From Coniocarpon cinnabarinum (lineage: Eukaryota), in assembly GCA_051942205.1 (NCBI GenBank), contig JAVECO010000080.1:1-64000 (forward strand): a DNA stretch of 64,000 nucleotides, written 5' to 3'. Below, piece by piece: positions 25,217-39,286 of this stretch (positions within the stretch are counted from its first letter, which is position 1; each line of letters starts with the position of its first letter). Below the pieces are notes generated by a model, which worked only from the letters and a program-made list of their open reading frames with translations, was not told the origin of the DNA and ran no database searches. The translations under genes were made by a program, and so were the position numbers.

Positions 25217-26363
25217 GAAAGATTGATAAATACAAAGTAAAATGATAAGCAGGTGACCTTGTGTAGGCAGAAATTAGCGAGTCACGACAACGATTATTGC
25301 ATACTTGAGTGGATCATTAGTGACCCTTCTAGAGGTCAACAGATGGCCAAGCAAAGAGGGAGCAGATACTCATAGCCCTCAAAAGGAAGTCGCTCGAAAG
25401 GGGAACTGCTGTTTCTCCAGTCCACAATCAATACCAGCACGCTCTCCGGGGGAAAGCCGGCAGCGAAAATGTGCAGAGTCAGCCGCTACGGCAGCTTCAT
25501 TTGACATGTTCTTGAACGACGGATCCACCATGCTGGACGCCTATGTGCCAACAAGCATGTGTTATGGAACTTCGAAAGGGGCTGATGGATAAAGCCTAGT
25601 CAGCATTGATCACACGCAGACACACCGAATTTCGAGATATGAGGCAGCCATGTGCTCTCAAGGTCAGTAAACATAATCACGGCCAGAGGATTTAGTGTAG
25701 AGCCTAAGACAGATTACAAAGTGTGGTCCGCTCAAGTATTATCTTGCTGTGGCGACTTCTGTGAGGCTCGAGGTATCGCCAGGACCGCACGGGCAACGCC
25801 AGAGCGCTTGCACGAGCTTTATTCGATGGCCACAGGACCACGGACAGCGCACCGAGTCGAAAAGTTGATCTGTCGGCTTCAATGTTCAGCGCTTGGGCTC
25901 CGACACGGGACGAGAAGCGCGCAGCAGTTCTTGACCACTGGGTGGCTCTGCATCCAGTTGCGTCCCTGGTGCGCTTCCCAGGCAAGGCCAGAGCCGAGAA
26001 GCCGAGGACGTTGGAAGCAGCCAGGGGCGATGAAGATCTGGCGCTGGGGAGATGGACTATCACACTACCTATGTACGTCAGGCGAAGAGTCAGGCTCGGC
26101 ACAGAAGCGAGACAGAGTCACGTGAGACCTCTGAGCAATGACGTCAGGCGAGCGGCTAGCGCGGATGCCCGGTGCAGAGCTCTGCTAACCAACTCTCTCA
26201 TCAGCGTCTCGATCCCCTTCCTTTCGCCGTCGCCATCGTCCTTCACACATCTTGCCTGTCTTCCTGTCTACTCCTGGTTGACCGCACTCTCGTACCCTTC
26301 CGCTAATAACCTAGCTTCTACGTCTAGAACTATCCCTGAGCTCAAGCGCTCCGAGTAAACAAA

Positions 26364-27004
26364 ATGGTCGCAAAGGTCATCAACCTCGCTCTGCGAGGTC
26401 TCGAGGTGAGCAGTCAATTTTACATGCTTGATTCACAGTGGCGCTCAAGCCTTTGCTCACCCCGGTCCACAGTTCTTTTGGACGCTCCTCATCATGGCTC
26501 TCGTTGGCAACATGATTGCGGAATCCCGTGGCGGCAATCCATCAATCGTCAACTTCGTCATATTTTGCGCAGTCTTCGGGATGCTGTCACTATTCTACCT
26601 GATACCTGCCACCTTCAAGGAAGAGTTTGCGTTCCACCCGATCATCATGATCACTCTGGACCTCCTCAACACCATCTTCTTCTTCTGTGGAGCCGTAGCA
26701 TTGGCAGCCATGCTGGATGTGCATTCCTGCAACGACAGGGTAAGATGGCAACTAATCGTAGAAATGTGCTATTTCGTTGCTGACCTTGGTCTTGCAGGAC
26801 TACACGATCACCAACAGCATCACCAACGGAACAGGCCTTGACAACCTCGAGAAAAGATGTCGGGAAGCGCAAGCCTCAGACGCGTTTCTGTTTTTCGGTT
26901 TCGCAGCTTTCGCAGCATCTGCTGTGTTCTCATTCCTCCAGAGCAGAGGTAGCGCAAGCCTGACCGGTCCCAAGCGAGGAGGTACGACTGTTTCTCGTGT
27001 TTAG
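26364..27004 (+). CDS. NCE102: MARVEL-domain tetraspan membrane protein Nce102
   Basis: Exons 26364-26405, 26473-26739 and 26798-27004. Four hydrophobic segments, DVHSC...TNSITNG and RCREAQA motifs. Confidence 0.92.
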
Positions 27005-27902
27005 ATCATCATCCCCCACAGCATCAGATCGCGCCGACTCGAAAGCTTTGCCTCGCGCTGGTTTGAACAGCCTCAAAGAGCGACATTCAAGAGTCACGAC
27101 GTGCGCGAAAACCTGTATGAGAACGAATTAGAAAACGAATGCCGGCAGTTCCACAGGGCGCGATCTGCATGTATCACTCGATGAGGTTTCAGTCAGATCC
27201 TTGAGATACCCATTCTAACGTCTTTGGCCTAAATAGTGAATCCATTCGTCAAATGAGATTGTGTCATGCACACGGACCGCCAAGAAGAGACGTGCGCGCC
27301 ACGCACCGCGCCTGATGTTTGCACGAAGCCTCGCGTTTTTGCTGAGGCGTCTGAGCATATTTAGAACATACTTCGGTCGAAGCCTTAGATCATAATTTAA
27401 TCATACCCATCTTGCTGACAGACGAGACCTCAATCAGTACTTTGATAGCGTGCATGAAGCCCGTGATGCAAGAGTGATCCACCTTCCTGTTCCTGGTCGG
27501 GGCGCAGATCAGTGTTGTAACCATGCATGACGGCGGACTTTGCGATCTGTAGAGCGTCCGCGAACGTGACCTTGGCAAGTTCGCACAGTCGTTCGTATAG
27601 CGAAGGCCCGTAAGCCACGCGGAATGCGACCAGATACTTTAGCCCGTGTGTTCCCCAAATCGGAGTCGGACGACATGGGCTGAAAAGCTGATCTGGCCAA
27701 AACAAACTCCAATCTGGGTCCTCTCATCCCTGTTCTGCAACCAATTTGCGACCCTTGGCTGCTCTTTCGCCGAATTGCCCTTGCCCGTTCCCTAGACGCT
27801 CTATGGGACCTGAGATCTGTCCACAGTCGCTTCACTTAACCTCACAAATGCATCACCCAGCACACTGACGAGCAGCATCGAGCGTGGCCTTCTACGGGAA
27901 AG

Positions 27903-30900
27903 ATGGCCGGAATGGAGCACTTGGAGATCCACAGCAAGGTAGGCTGTTCTCGTGTCGCATGCATCTTATTGCGCATCGCTCTGACCTTCAGACGATAGTC
28001 ATACCTTGTCAGATGGGTACATGTCGAAGAAGACCATTCCATCTCATGGAGCATCCAACCTAAAAAGCGCACCATACAGTTCGGCATTTTCAAGCACCCC
28101 GGCTCCACGACCAGTTCTACGCCAAAGATCCCTTCCTCCTCTACGCTTGGTGAAATCTCCAATGAAGCCCAGAAGACCGAACCGCCAGCCGAGCATCATG
28201 ACAGCGACACGTCTCTGTCCGATCACGTTAACAGCCCCTTGGCCGAGAAGTTTCAGAAGCTTGGGATGAAGCAGGTCGCATGGCAAGGGAGATGCGACGC
28301 GAATCGGGTCACAATGGGTCAACACGATGTCAAGAAGGGCGAAGCTGGCATGTATGGTCTGGTCTTCGACAACACATACAGCAAGCAGTTCAGCAAGACC
28401 GTCACCTTCGTACTAATGACATATCCGACCAGTGCTCCGCCAGCATCAGGTTCAAACTCCCACATGGCTCTGTCACAGGCCTTGGCCGGGAGCAAAAACC
28501 GCAGAGTTTCACCGAGCAAACGTGGATCTTACATTCAAGCTGCAAACAGCTCCAACGAACATCTCAGTGACAGCGAGGCTCATCAGGGTGGACCCGCGGA
28601 TCCCAAAGCCAAGCCAGCGGCAGGCACTGAGTTTGTTGCTAGCTCTGGAGCTTCCTTCTATACCGGCGTGCTGTCAAAGAGAAGAAGGAAACGCAATCAA
28701 GGTTACGCCAAGCGCTTCTTCTCGCTCGATTTCACCTCCTCGACCCTTTCTTACTACAAGAACCGCAACTCATCGGCGCTGCGTGGGTCTATACCGCTGT
28801 CCCTGGCTGCTATCGGTGCGGATGCGAAGTCGAAGCATATCTCAGTCGATTCCGGTGCTGAAGTCTGGCTGTTAAGAGCGCATAACCAACATGACTTCGA
28901 TGGCTGGCGCAATGCGCTCGAGAGGGCGACTGAACCGATTCAATTGCCTGCCAAGGCCGGCATTGGATCGCCAGTCACAACATTTGCATTGGACTCTCAA
29001 ACCCGGTCCGATGCAGCGGAGGACAAAGAATGGGAGGCAGTCGAGGCCCTCGTGAGTCGAGTGTCTGGTATCACAGATGCCGTCAGACGCATAGCAAAGG
29101 ACACAGACCCCAAGTACATGCCGAACGCTCTTGGCCAAGATGCTGTTGACGGAAGCACCGCCTCTTCGACCCCTGCGGACCAGCAGGGTGAAGAGTATTT
29201 TTCGCCACTGCCTACAAGGTCTCAAAGACAGCCGTTTTGGCGCCGGAAGTCAAGCACGCCGGCACAATTGTCGTCCAACGCTCTCAGTAGGACTGTTTCA
29301 GGTGGGCGTCTTGCACCTCCATCACCAGATGCATTGGTACCCATCAAGACTCGCGACCACAGCCCTCCCAAACGGCAGATGTTGGACGACTCGAACGTCC
29401 ACGAGCGATGCATGGCTGTGCTGCGCGACCTCGATTCGGCTGTCTCCAATTTCTCGGCGCTTCTTGCGCAAAGTAAAGAGCGGCGTTTCCCTCCCACTCC
29501 AGTACCTGATTCACGCCACTCGTTTGAGACAACACGAAGTGAAGATTTCTATGACGCGGAAGAGGGCCGCGCTTTGTCGATGCGTTCCTCTCGCGTACTG
29601 GATATTTCTCGAGACAAAGACGACGCTGACGAAACAGAGTCAGTGGATTCAGCTTCTACAATCTCGAACCATGAGCCGGCTCGAGCATCTACCTCACATA
29701 CCACCACGTCACTCCTATTCCCGTCGCAACCATCCTCTCTTTATCCCTTGCCACATGCGTCAGTACATCGGAGAGGCACCATCCCGCCAGCCAAAGCTCA
29801 GCCGCCGTCGCTTTTTGCGTTCGTACGCAAGAACGTTGGCAAAGACCTTTCCACGATCGCTATGCCAGTCACCGCCAATGAACCGTTGTCCCTCCTCCAG
29901 AAATACGCCGAGCCCATGGAATATGCTCACCTTCTCACCTCTGCATGTGCTCTGAGCGACGCTTCTGAGACTACCGCGTCGAAGCGTCTGCTGTTAGTAT
30001 CTACTTTCGCCCTAACAGCTCTTACGTCCAGTCGTGCCAAAGAGCGTGCTGTCAGGAAGCCTTTCAACCCAATGCTAGGCGAGACATTTGAACTAGTACG
30101 CGAGGACCTTGGATTCCGGTTCATCGCTGAAAAGGTGTCTCATCACCCTGTGCGAATCGCTTGTCAGGCCGATGGAGGGGCATCATCTACCAAGACAAAC
30201 GGAGCATGGTCTTATATTCATGCGCCTGCACCCTCACAGAAATTTTGGGGCAAGTCTGCTGAGCTCATAACGGATGGTTCGTGCAGAGTATCGCTACACG
30301 CTCTTGGCGAAAGGTACACCTGGCAGCCTGCGCACGCCTTTCTGCGGAACATTGTAGCTGGCGAAAAATATCTGGAATCTGTTGGTGCCATTACCGTCAG
30401 TGAAGAAACCTCGGGCAGACATGCAGTCATCACGTTCAAAGCCTCTGGCCTCTTCTCGGGACGTTCTGAGGACGTTTCGATCGCGCTTTATGATGGCGTC
30501 GGCCGTACTCTTCCTCTGAATGCGTCGGGTACATGGACGAACCAAATTACGAGCCCGTCTGGTGAGACGCTGTGGAAAGCCAATCCCTTGCCCTCGGACA
30601 GCAGCAAGAAATTCGGTTTTACGTCTTTTGCTGCGACATTGAACGAAGTCACCGAGCTGGAAAGCGGTGTGATCCCTCCAACTGATTCACGCTTACGACC
30701 GGATCAGAGACAGTATGAAGAAGGCGACGTGAATGCTGCCGAGGACACGAAAGTGAAGCTGGAAGAAGGGCAGAGAAAACGGCGCAAGGAGAGAGAAGGA
30801 CGTGGTGAAGAGTGGTCCCCGCGTTTCTTCGAGAAGGTCAATGTCCAGGGTGTTGATGAAGAAGTTTGGAAGATGAAGGGAGGCGAAGACGGTTATTGGG

Positions 30901-30962
30901 AGAAAAGAAGAGGAGTCGAGAGTGGAGCGAAATGGCGCGTCGAAAGCGTCTTTGAGACATAG
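27903..30962 (+). CDS. OSH3: Oxysterol-binding protein homolog with GOLD, PH and ORD domains
   Basis: Exon 27903-27938 (MAGMEHLEIHSK), intron, exon 27999-30962. Motifs: LVFDNTYSKQFSK, PH-type KRRRKRNQGYAKRFF, KPFNPMLGETFE, AEKVSHHP, PTDSRLRPD. Confidence 0.93.
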
Positions 30963-31574
30963 CGTGTAGAGCTCTTACTTCATTGGAAAACCCTTCGTCG
31001 CAATTATAACAAGTTCGTCTTCGCATAGTCCTCTCCAGATACCCTGTGGGCGACGAACCGCCATGCAACAGCATTTTCACCTGGCCTCACCTCCACGATT
31101 CCCCACCTTAGACGTACCCTGCCAGCAATCATCACCACGGTCTGACTCATTATCTTCGCTGCGTGAACGAATCCTCTCAGTAAGCTCGCCAAGACGTCGG
31201 AGCCTACATGGCTGTAAATGTACTAGGAGCAAGAGTGTGGCTGTCGTGCGTACTCACATCACTAACCACTCCCTCATCCTACATGTGACTCCTTTGCTTA
31301 TCATAGCGAGAGCATCAGCAAGGCAGCCACCATGCCAGCTGCTACGCGAATCATCTTATTGTCCATTCGGCTGGGAACAGCTTCCCATCGCGGCGTTCTC
31401 AGAATGACTCATTGTGGTTCCCTCATTCCGGAAGCTTAAGAAGATGAGCACCTGGTTATAAAAAAACGGGGGTGGACCTCAAGTTCACTGATCACGCTGG
31501 CGAATAATATTGTGACGAGACCTTCAGAATATTCAATCTTCGTCTGGTATACCTGATACTCGTAAACCGCGAAG

Positions 31575-34438
31575 ATGGATCTCCTTCACTCTACCACATT
31601 CGCTGCCCATGTGAAAGACCTCTTGCAGAAGTACCACATCCCTGGCCTGACCATTGCTCTTGTCCAAAACGACTACATCTCTACTCTTGCTTTCGGTCTG
31701 GCCTCTCAAGATCCTTCCGTACCGTGCGAAATTGATACACTCTTTGATATCGCGTCATGCTCCAAGTCTTTGACCGCAGCTGCTGTGGCGTTGCTCGTCG
31801 ATGACAATGAACATTTTCCTGAAGTGCAATGGGATACGCCCATGTCCAGGTTGCTGCCGGGGGAATTCATGATGAATCAGCAATCATATACAGGTGGGTC
31901 TCAAGACCAAGAGATATACTGATTCGTGGATTTGCATTTGAAGCATGTCTCTTCAGATCCATTCTCCAGACGTGGGCCAATTGCAAATTCAAGAGTTGAA
32001 ATCGCACTGCCTAGATCGGAACAGATGGTATACATTGTTCCTGATACTGATGGATTTATCTTCAGACAACGTCACAGTCGAAGACATACTTAGCCACCGC
32101 TCCGGTCTACCTCCGTAAGTTTCTCTCCCCATGTTGCTAAACTTCTGCTATCATCTGAAATACGTCCTTGACGGAGTGCACACACGCCCTACTCATCATA
32201 AACATCTTCCGACCACTGGATCCCCATGACCACTAACTGCTCGTTCGCTTCTTATTCATACCAGCTGAATATGGGAACAGTCACAGTGCGGCCGTCAGCA
32301 CCACCGACACACCGTCAGCAATCACCCACAAACTCCGCCACCTCCCTTTAATTGCACCCCTCCGCACCAAATACCTCTACAACAACAACCTCTATACAGT
32401 CGCGACCCACCTCATCGAAACAAAGACACACCAGTCCTTCCTAGACTTCCTCAGTCAACGCTTCTTCCAGCCCCTCGGTATGACTTGCACCTTTCTGCAA
32501 CCGAGTCGTGCTCGTGCCTCTGCCATGGGCGCGAAAATGGCAAAGGGACACGTGTGGGATAAGGAGAGGGAGGTCACGAAGACATTCGACGCATTTGATT
32601 GTCCAGAGGGCCAGGGCAATGGCAGTATTGTGACGACAGCTGCCGACTATGCGAAATGGGCGCGTGCGCTTTTGCGAGCGGGAGAGGATGGTAATATCAT
32701 TACAAAGGGTGTTTGGGAGGGGATGACAACTGCTCGAATCGCGTTGCCGTCTGCACAGTCTGCTCCGGACGCAAAGGACAAGACAAAATCCGATCCAACG
32801 GAGGGTAATAGTGAGACGGGCGATGTAATGGAGCAAGCTGACCAACCACCCGATGTTAGCGAGTTGGAGGGTCACTATGCACTCGGTTTGGAGGTGCATC
32901 CGTATCGCGACACGCAAATTATATCACACGACGGCGGCATCACGGTAAGTGTCACTCCACCGTGATTCATTTCAGCGTCTTGCTTCTAATTCAAGCGTCT
33001 CTCGGATGGATAGGGCGCGCACACAAACGGCCTCCTAATCTGAAAGAAGATCAAACGGTCTATAGACCAACGTGTAGGCTAACAAGACGCATCAGGGCTT
33101 CGGATCGACACACTTTCTCCTCCCCTCCCACAAATTCGGCGGCGTCATCCTCGGCAACGCTTCCGATGCCGTCATTTCAAACATGCTCGCTCACGAACTC
33201 ATCGACGAGGTCCTTGGCGTACCCGCTGACGAGCGACCGGATTGGGTCAAGAAATATGATGACATGAGTAAGGAAGGGGAAGTTCCTGACGACATGGAGG
33301 AAGAAAGGCAGATTCGGGAGAAGCTTGGGGTGAGCCAGCACCGTCAAGGGAAAGCGGGAGGAGTTTCTAGAGGTGATGAAGAAATGGAGGAGGAGAAAGA
33401 GAAGGGAGGGGAGATAGAGTTAGGGAGCTATGTGGGACGGTATCGGCATGAGGGATATGGAATTACGGAAGTGGAGATGAGGTATGTGTGACGCTTTCTC
33501 GTTTCTATGCCACAAACGCATCATTTCGACGCGGTGCACCTCGTTTCATGTCCAGCAGCACACATCGCAGCGTTGGCGTCAGAGTCAATATCATTGCTTG
33601 TTGTAGAAGCAAGAACACACTGACATCCGTCAGGGACGGCGCACTCTTCATAAATCACGCAGACTGGAGCGAGCCCGTCACACTTACCTTCTCACCCGTG
33701 CTTCGCCGGACAGTCCGTCAAGTCGTCCGTCAAAGCCCTGATGACTCTGAAGTAGAAACCCAGCAAGATCCCAACACCATCCAACAAAAGAGTAGATCTG
33801 GAGCGCACGCGGATATCTATCCAGCAACCGAAGAGACCTCCCGTCAAGAATCTCACGTGGCGACACATCAAATCACTCGCCACGATTTGATCGCCTATAT
33901 CCATGACGCTCTTGAAGGCGGCAACGAACCAATGCGCGCTGCATTTGAATTCGAAATCGAGGTGCCGCATCCACCTTCGGTAGACGAGGTGTCTCTCAAC
34001 GATTTTCGGAACCACAAGGGCACTGCATCTGACGCTGCTCAAGTCATGGACGACATTCTGACGCCTGACGATACTCGGGCTATTGATGACTCCAATGCTG
34101 ACATGACTGCGGCTTTTGACAATGCTCAAGCTGTTCGTAATACTCGAGCTGTTGACAACGATCAAGCTCCTGATCGCTTTCCTGCTGTTGACAGTACTCA
34201 CGCCGTTGGCAATACTCAGAATATAGTCCAGGACCGCAGCTCGGCACGTTATGAGAGTTCCGAGCAAGAGGTGGAACCCAGGCTGGGACACGAGACCGCT
34301 AACAAGCTCGAGAGCGTTACGGAAATCGTCGGGGTTGTCACGAACGAGAGAGAATATGAAGTCGGTATAAAAGCAGCGAGAATTGGATTACATTGGGAGA
34401 TTGAGATGGATGAGTTGATTTGGTTTGAGAGAATTTGA
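31575..34438 (+). CDS. Serine beta-lactamase/penicillin-binding-protein-family hydrolase (peptidase S12-like) with a DUF3471-like C-terminus
   Basis: Exons about 31575-31893, 32066-32114, 32281-32944, 33096-33481 and 33634-34438. Motifs: SxxK (IASCSKS), DILSHRSG, YxN (YLYNNNLY), PLGM, HDGG, YVGRYRHEGYG. Confidence 0.88.
34073..34219 (+). repeat. Degenerate coding 18-bp (6-aa) tandem repeat
   Basis: Units translate as TRAIDD, TAAFDN, AQAVRN, TRAVDN, DQAPDR, FPAVDS, THAVGN. Confidence 0.7.
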
Positions 34439-35055
34439 GCGAATTTGAATCATTTCTCGTCGGGTCCTGGGTATGGTTCGAAGCCGTGTTCCAGGTATGG
34501 TACACCATGTTCCTGGACTATATTCTACACCATGTTCCTGAACCACGTTCCTGAACCCGTGTCCTGCTTTCTCGAGTCTCTTTGAGCCATCTTTCGCAGA
34601 CGTCTGGACATATCAAGCTTACGACACGTGTGAAGCCCAGACCCAGACTCTAGGTCTCAGAAAATGAGATCATCCAATCGGATTAATATTTGGACAAACC
34701 GTCTTTGAGAAGAGTACTGAGGAAAGATCCAATTGAGCGACCGAGAGAGAGCCGACGTGCGACAGAGAATCGCATAGAGTTAATGGGCGTCTCACTCGAC
34801 GACAGAAGACGGACATGCAGCTCAAAAAAGGTAGACGGTGTGAACGTCATTCTGGGATCTGTGATTCTCTGAGATTCCGCGAGTTGGAGTCTATGAAGTG
34901 ACACCATGGGAGATGTCGATCGACTGTCTAAAGTGTCTGCGAGTAAAGTCCAGCAGACACGCAACACCACCGTGTATGGCTATGAACAAACTCTTCAGAA
35001 CGCGAGATTCAGACACCATTGCAATGGTCTTTGTCCCACCGCTCGTAAGCGCATC

Positions 35056-37091
35056 TTATATGTCGATGTCGAGATCGATGCCAATGGCGGCGATGTTGTC
35101 ATCATCCGTCCGGCGCTTCGACCCAATGACACTGTTCAGCGAATTCTTGACCTTGACACCCGGAGCCTTCGTGCCATTCGCAGTCGCAGTCGCAGTCGCA
35201 GTCTTCGCCGGTGTGCCAGGCTGACTACTCCCATTCTCACTGCTTGACGCGTTCGTCGCGCCCGGGACCTGCAAAGTGTTGCCATTGCTCAACTTAAGCC
35301 CATTGCCATTCGCCGTGCCATTGACGCCGTTCAGTCGTAATCCAGGCTCAGGCGTGTTCGACTTGCTGCGCGCACTGTCATACACAGGTGCGTCCAAATG
35401 AGCCGTCGTCGTCTTGTTCCGTGCCGAATGATCGTTCTGCGCCATCTTTGCACGTTTCCGCTCCATGACCTCAGCCTTGCGCTGACGCTGCTGCTCTGCG
35501 ATACGCGCTGCTTCGTAGCGCTGTTGACGCTGCTGTTCTGCAAGAGAGGGACCGGCGTTGGCTTTGTGGCCATTGAAGAGGTTATTGCCAAAGGCCAGCT
35601 TGGGTCCTTCGAGCTCTTCGATCTCCACTTCGAGTTTAGCAGCAAGATCGGTATCGCCTTGATTGAGAGCAGCGCGGCGCTCAGTCTGCAGGCGTGCGAG
35701 CTCAATGCGATTATTTTGCATTTGTTGACGGCCAGAGCGTTTGACTTTGGCGCTGATCTCGGCAGAGGTCCACTTGTGGTTGAGGAGGTCATGAATACCC
35801 TGGAGACGAGACTCAAGTGTCGTGAGAGGAGGAACTTTCTTGCCGTCCTTGACTTGGTCAATCTTGAAGCGCTCGAATTCTTGCTCGGTGAACTTGCTGT
35901 CGGAGCAGGCGGCGAATGGGAAGACCTTCTCTGCATTACCAACACCGGTGCGAACCCACTGGTCAGTAGAAAACGGGCGGCCCTCTGCATCTTCCATGCC
36001 GTAACGTTTGCCGACGATGATTTCGCGGATCTGTGTCATGCGGTAGACGTTTTGGCCTGATTGCTGGTTCATGCCAATGTTGACGCGGACGAAGCAGCCC
36101 AGCATGGCTTGTTCAAATCCAGGTGTGAAGCAGACACGCGAGAAGTTGGTGCGGCCCAATCGGCAGCGCTCAAAGTCGCGGAGTTCGGGCTCTCGCTTGG
36201 CGGGAGCAGGCGCTGATGTCTTGGTCGGACGTCGTCGGTAATCGGGCTCGCTATCTTGATCACTCTCTTCGTCGAATAGTCGTGTAGGGTCCCGGTCTTC
36301 GTAGTCGCGTCGCTCGGCGCCAGCCCCCGTCCGTCGTGCCTCGTTCATCTGCTCACGCTTCTTCTTGTAGTTCGCTAGACGGTCGTTGGCCTCAGTCTTC
36401 TGTCGACTGGCTTTCCGTGGGCCGTCATCGAGATCCGCCGCCGCAGACTTGCGCTTCTTCTTCTCGGCGGCAACTGTTTCATCACGCTGAGCGGCTTCCT
36501 TTCGCTGAAGCAGTTGGCGACTGAAGTTGTCTTTGTCAATCTCCTCCTGACGCTCGGCTAGGATTTGTTCTCGTTTAGCTTCGGGCATGGAGAGGATGTC
36601 TTGCTTCTCTCTGTGTGAGACGAATTTGCCGTCGACGGGATAGCGGGCGTCGGCAAAGCCATTGGTGGTGGCGCTAATAGGAGCCTCATCCTCAGACTCA
36701 GACATGGCGCCAGAGCCCAATGAATCAGGAGAGCCGGAGCGATCAACTCTGTTGTTGGGTGAGCGGGTTGTTGACTTGCGTCGATTGTAGTGAAGAGAAG
36801 GGAGGGTACTTACTTTGCGGGAGTTCTCTGTCGTGGCTCCTCCTCTTCATCTTCCTCTTCGTCTGAAAACTCTACTCTGGTGGAACGCGACTTTGCGCTC
36901 GCGCCTCTTGCTTTGGGGGCCTTTCTCGCGACACCTTTCGCAGGCATGGCTTTCTCCTTGTCTGATGGCGGAGACGATTTTGAAGGCGGCGGTGATGGTG
37001 ACTTCTTTGCGACGGGCGGTTCCGGCTCCGGAGCTGGCTCTTCCTCACCCGCTAGAGCGAGAAGGTCTTCGGCAAGATCGAAGTCAGCCAT
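35056..37091 (-). CDS. RTF1: Paf1 complex subunit Rtf1 (Plus3 domain)
   Basis: Exons 37091-36814 and 36748-35056. N-terminal DLAEDLLALAG, HMD-like YPVDGKF...SMPEAKREQILAER, Plus3-like FTPGFEQAMLGCFVRVNIG...YRMTQI. Confidence 0.92.
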
Positions 37092-37604
37092 GTTGGAAGA
37101 ATAGGGGACACGCGTCTGACGTAATGCGGGGCTGCCTTCTTGATGCGGTGATATCTCCCAGAATGCTCAGTGTCGGCGAGACCGCCTGTTCTTTGCACAA
37201 ATTGCAATCCCTGGCTCAGCCGTACAGAATGCGCCAGTGACACGGCCTGCTGGAATCTCAATGTGCTGGACAGCGCAGAGACTGAAGATACAGAGCACTG
37301 GGTGACAGCAGTCTAGGGTCCGGACATTCAGGTTGTGAATGTGAAACAAGATGAATGATGAATGAACAGGTGAAGGTGGTGGAGGTGGTGAAGAGGAAGA
37401 AGAATGATGGAGGGGGTCCGCGCTTGGCGCTAAGCTCGGCTGCGTGCACGGACCACGCCGGTCCCACCCGCAGCCGCCAAAGTTGGACTTCGATTCATTG
37501 ATCTCATCACTCTGCCCGCAGCGCAATGGATCCTTTACAGTCCCGACAGATATCTACTTCGATGCGATGCAGAAATTTACGGCTCAAAGACACTGGCTAG
37601 GAAG

Positions 37605-38400
37605 ATGAGCTTGCGTATGCAGTCCGCACGAGCACTGCGGCAGGCGAGACGGCTCGGGGGCCAGCCTGGTCCTCTCATCTTTGCTCGAACGCCACAATGG
37701 CAGAAGTGGCGCTCAGATAGGCGGAATTTCGTCAGCAGTTCGGAGTCAAGCCGCTCAACAGGAACATGTAAACCTTTGACACAAGAACAGAGGCAGTTCT
37801 TAGATAGCGCTGTAAGCTTGAAAACACTTCTTTTTCTCTCCGTCTCTTGCGCTGATAGTCTGTCAGCTCAGAGTGAACCACGCTGGCGAGCTGGCCGCCA
37901 CGCTCATTTACACGGCTCAAAGTCCTCCAATTGTTAGGGCATATCCTCACTTGAGAAAGTTGATGGAGCACATGTACGACCAAGAAGCCGGCCATTTTAA
38001 GACCTTCAACGAGCTATTAGCTAAGCATCGAGTGCGTCCGACGGCTATGTACCCAGTCTGGAAAGTTGCTGCCACAGCTCTGGGTTGGACCACGGCCATG
38101 ATGGGTCGGGAAGCTGCAATGGCTTGCACTGAGGCCGTCGAGACGGAGATTGGCGAGCACTATAATAATCAAGTCCGTGTGCTTCTGCAGTGGGTGAGTG
38201 AAATCAAGGCAAGGGGCGAGGAAGTTGATCCCGAGATCGAGCAACTCATCATTACGATCAAGCGGATTCGTGATGAGGAATTGGAACACCTTGACCATGC
38301 TGTAGAACATGATGCTAAGAAGGCCCAACCTTATGAGATTTTGACAAACGTCATTCGAGGGGGTTGCCGAGCGGCGATCAGGATAAGTGAAAGGATATGA
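37605..38400 (+). CDS. COQ7: 5-demethoxyubiquinone hydroxylase (di-iron)
   Basis: Exons 37605-37811 and 37867-38400. Motifs: LRVNHAGELAA, DQEAGH, AMACTEAVETEIGEHYNNQ, RDEELEHLD; Arg-rich mitochondrial-type N-terminus. Confidence 0.96.
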
Positions 38401-39286
38401 TCGTCCTATACCGTACGCAGAACCATCTGAAAACGGTGATGTAGAACATCGTCGTAATTCTACAACGTCATCCCACACTCACTGTTGACCCACTTTCATT
38501 TCCTGAAGCTTTTCTCATGTTCTGAACTTCCAGCAGATTTGACAGCACAATCCGCTGCATGAAATACATCAATCTTCTGAGGCCGCCATTTTGACTTTCT
38601 ACAAAAGCTAAATCATGGTCGCATTTGCGCTCGAAAAAAAACAGGTCAAAATGACTTCACCTCGCAGGAGGTTAACAACCAACAAATCAGCATTCAGATA
38701 TGCAATACCCCCAAAGGCAAGCCAATCACGGGCATTTCACGGCAAATATCACTGCAATGCTGAGCTACTAAAAAAAATTAATGAAGCGATTTAGCGACAT
38801 CGCCGTGTATCAGTACAAGGGAGGGCACAGCTTTCATCTCATCTCAGGCAAACCCACTAAAATTTGTGAAAGCGAACGTCAGCGCATAAAAGTCCTTGCT
38901 GAATCCATAGAGCGCAGGTAGAAAGTCAACTACAGTTCTTCGAAATGAGATGTCTCATGAGCATTGTGCAAAGGTCCTGAAACGCATATCTGGGAGGGAA
39001 CCCACTTTTCGAGTGAATAGGTGGCTGGCAGGCAAGAGGTGAATCCAACATGAAACATGCACTGCACACGCCTTGCCTTTTGCGAATGACAATACGAGCT
39101 CACAATGATGCGCGCGATCTTCTCCAAGCTTTCTAGCTCTACCAGCTTTCTCTCTTCTTTCTCTCCCCACAGACAGCATCGCGCATACAGCAGACGCACC
39201 GCAAAGCAGCCTTCAAAGAAGCACGCTTGACAACAATCATCGAACACCAAACACCAAGCAGACATCAATACTTAAGACACGCAGCA

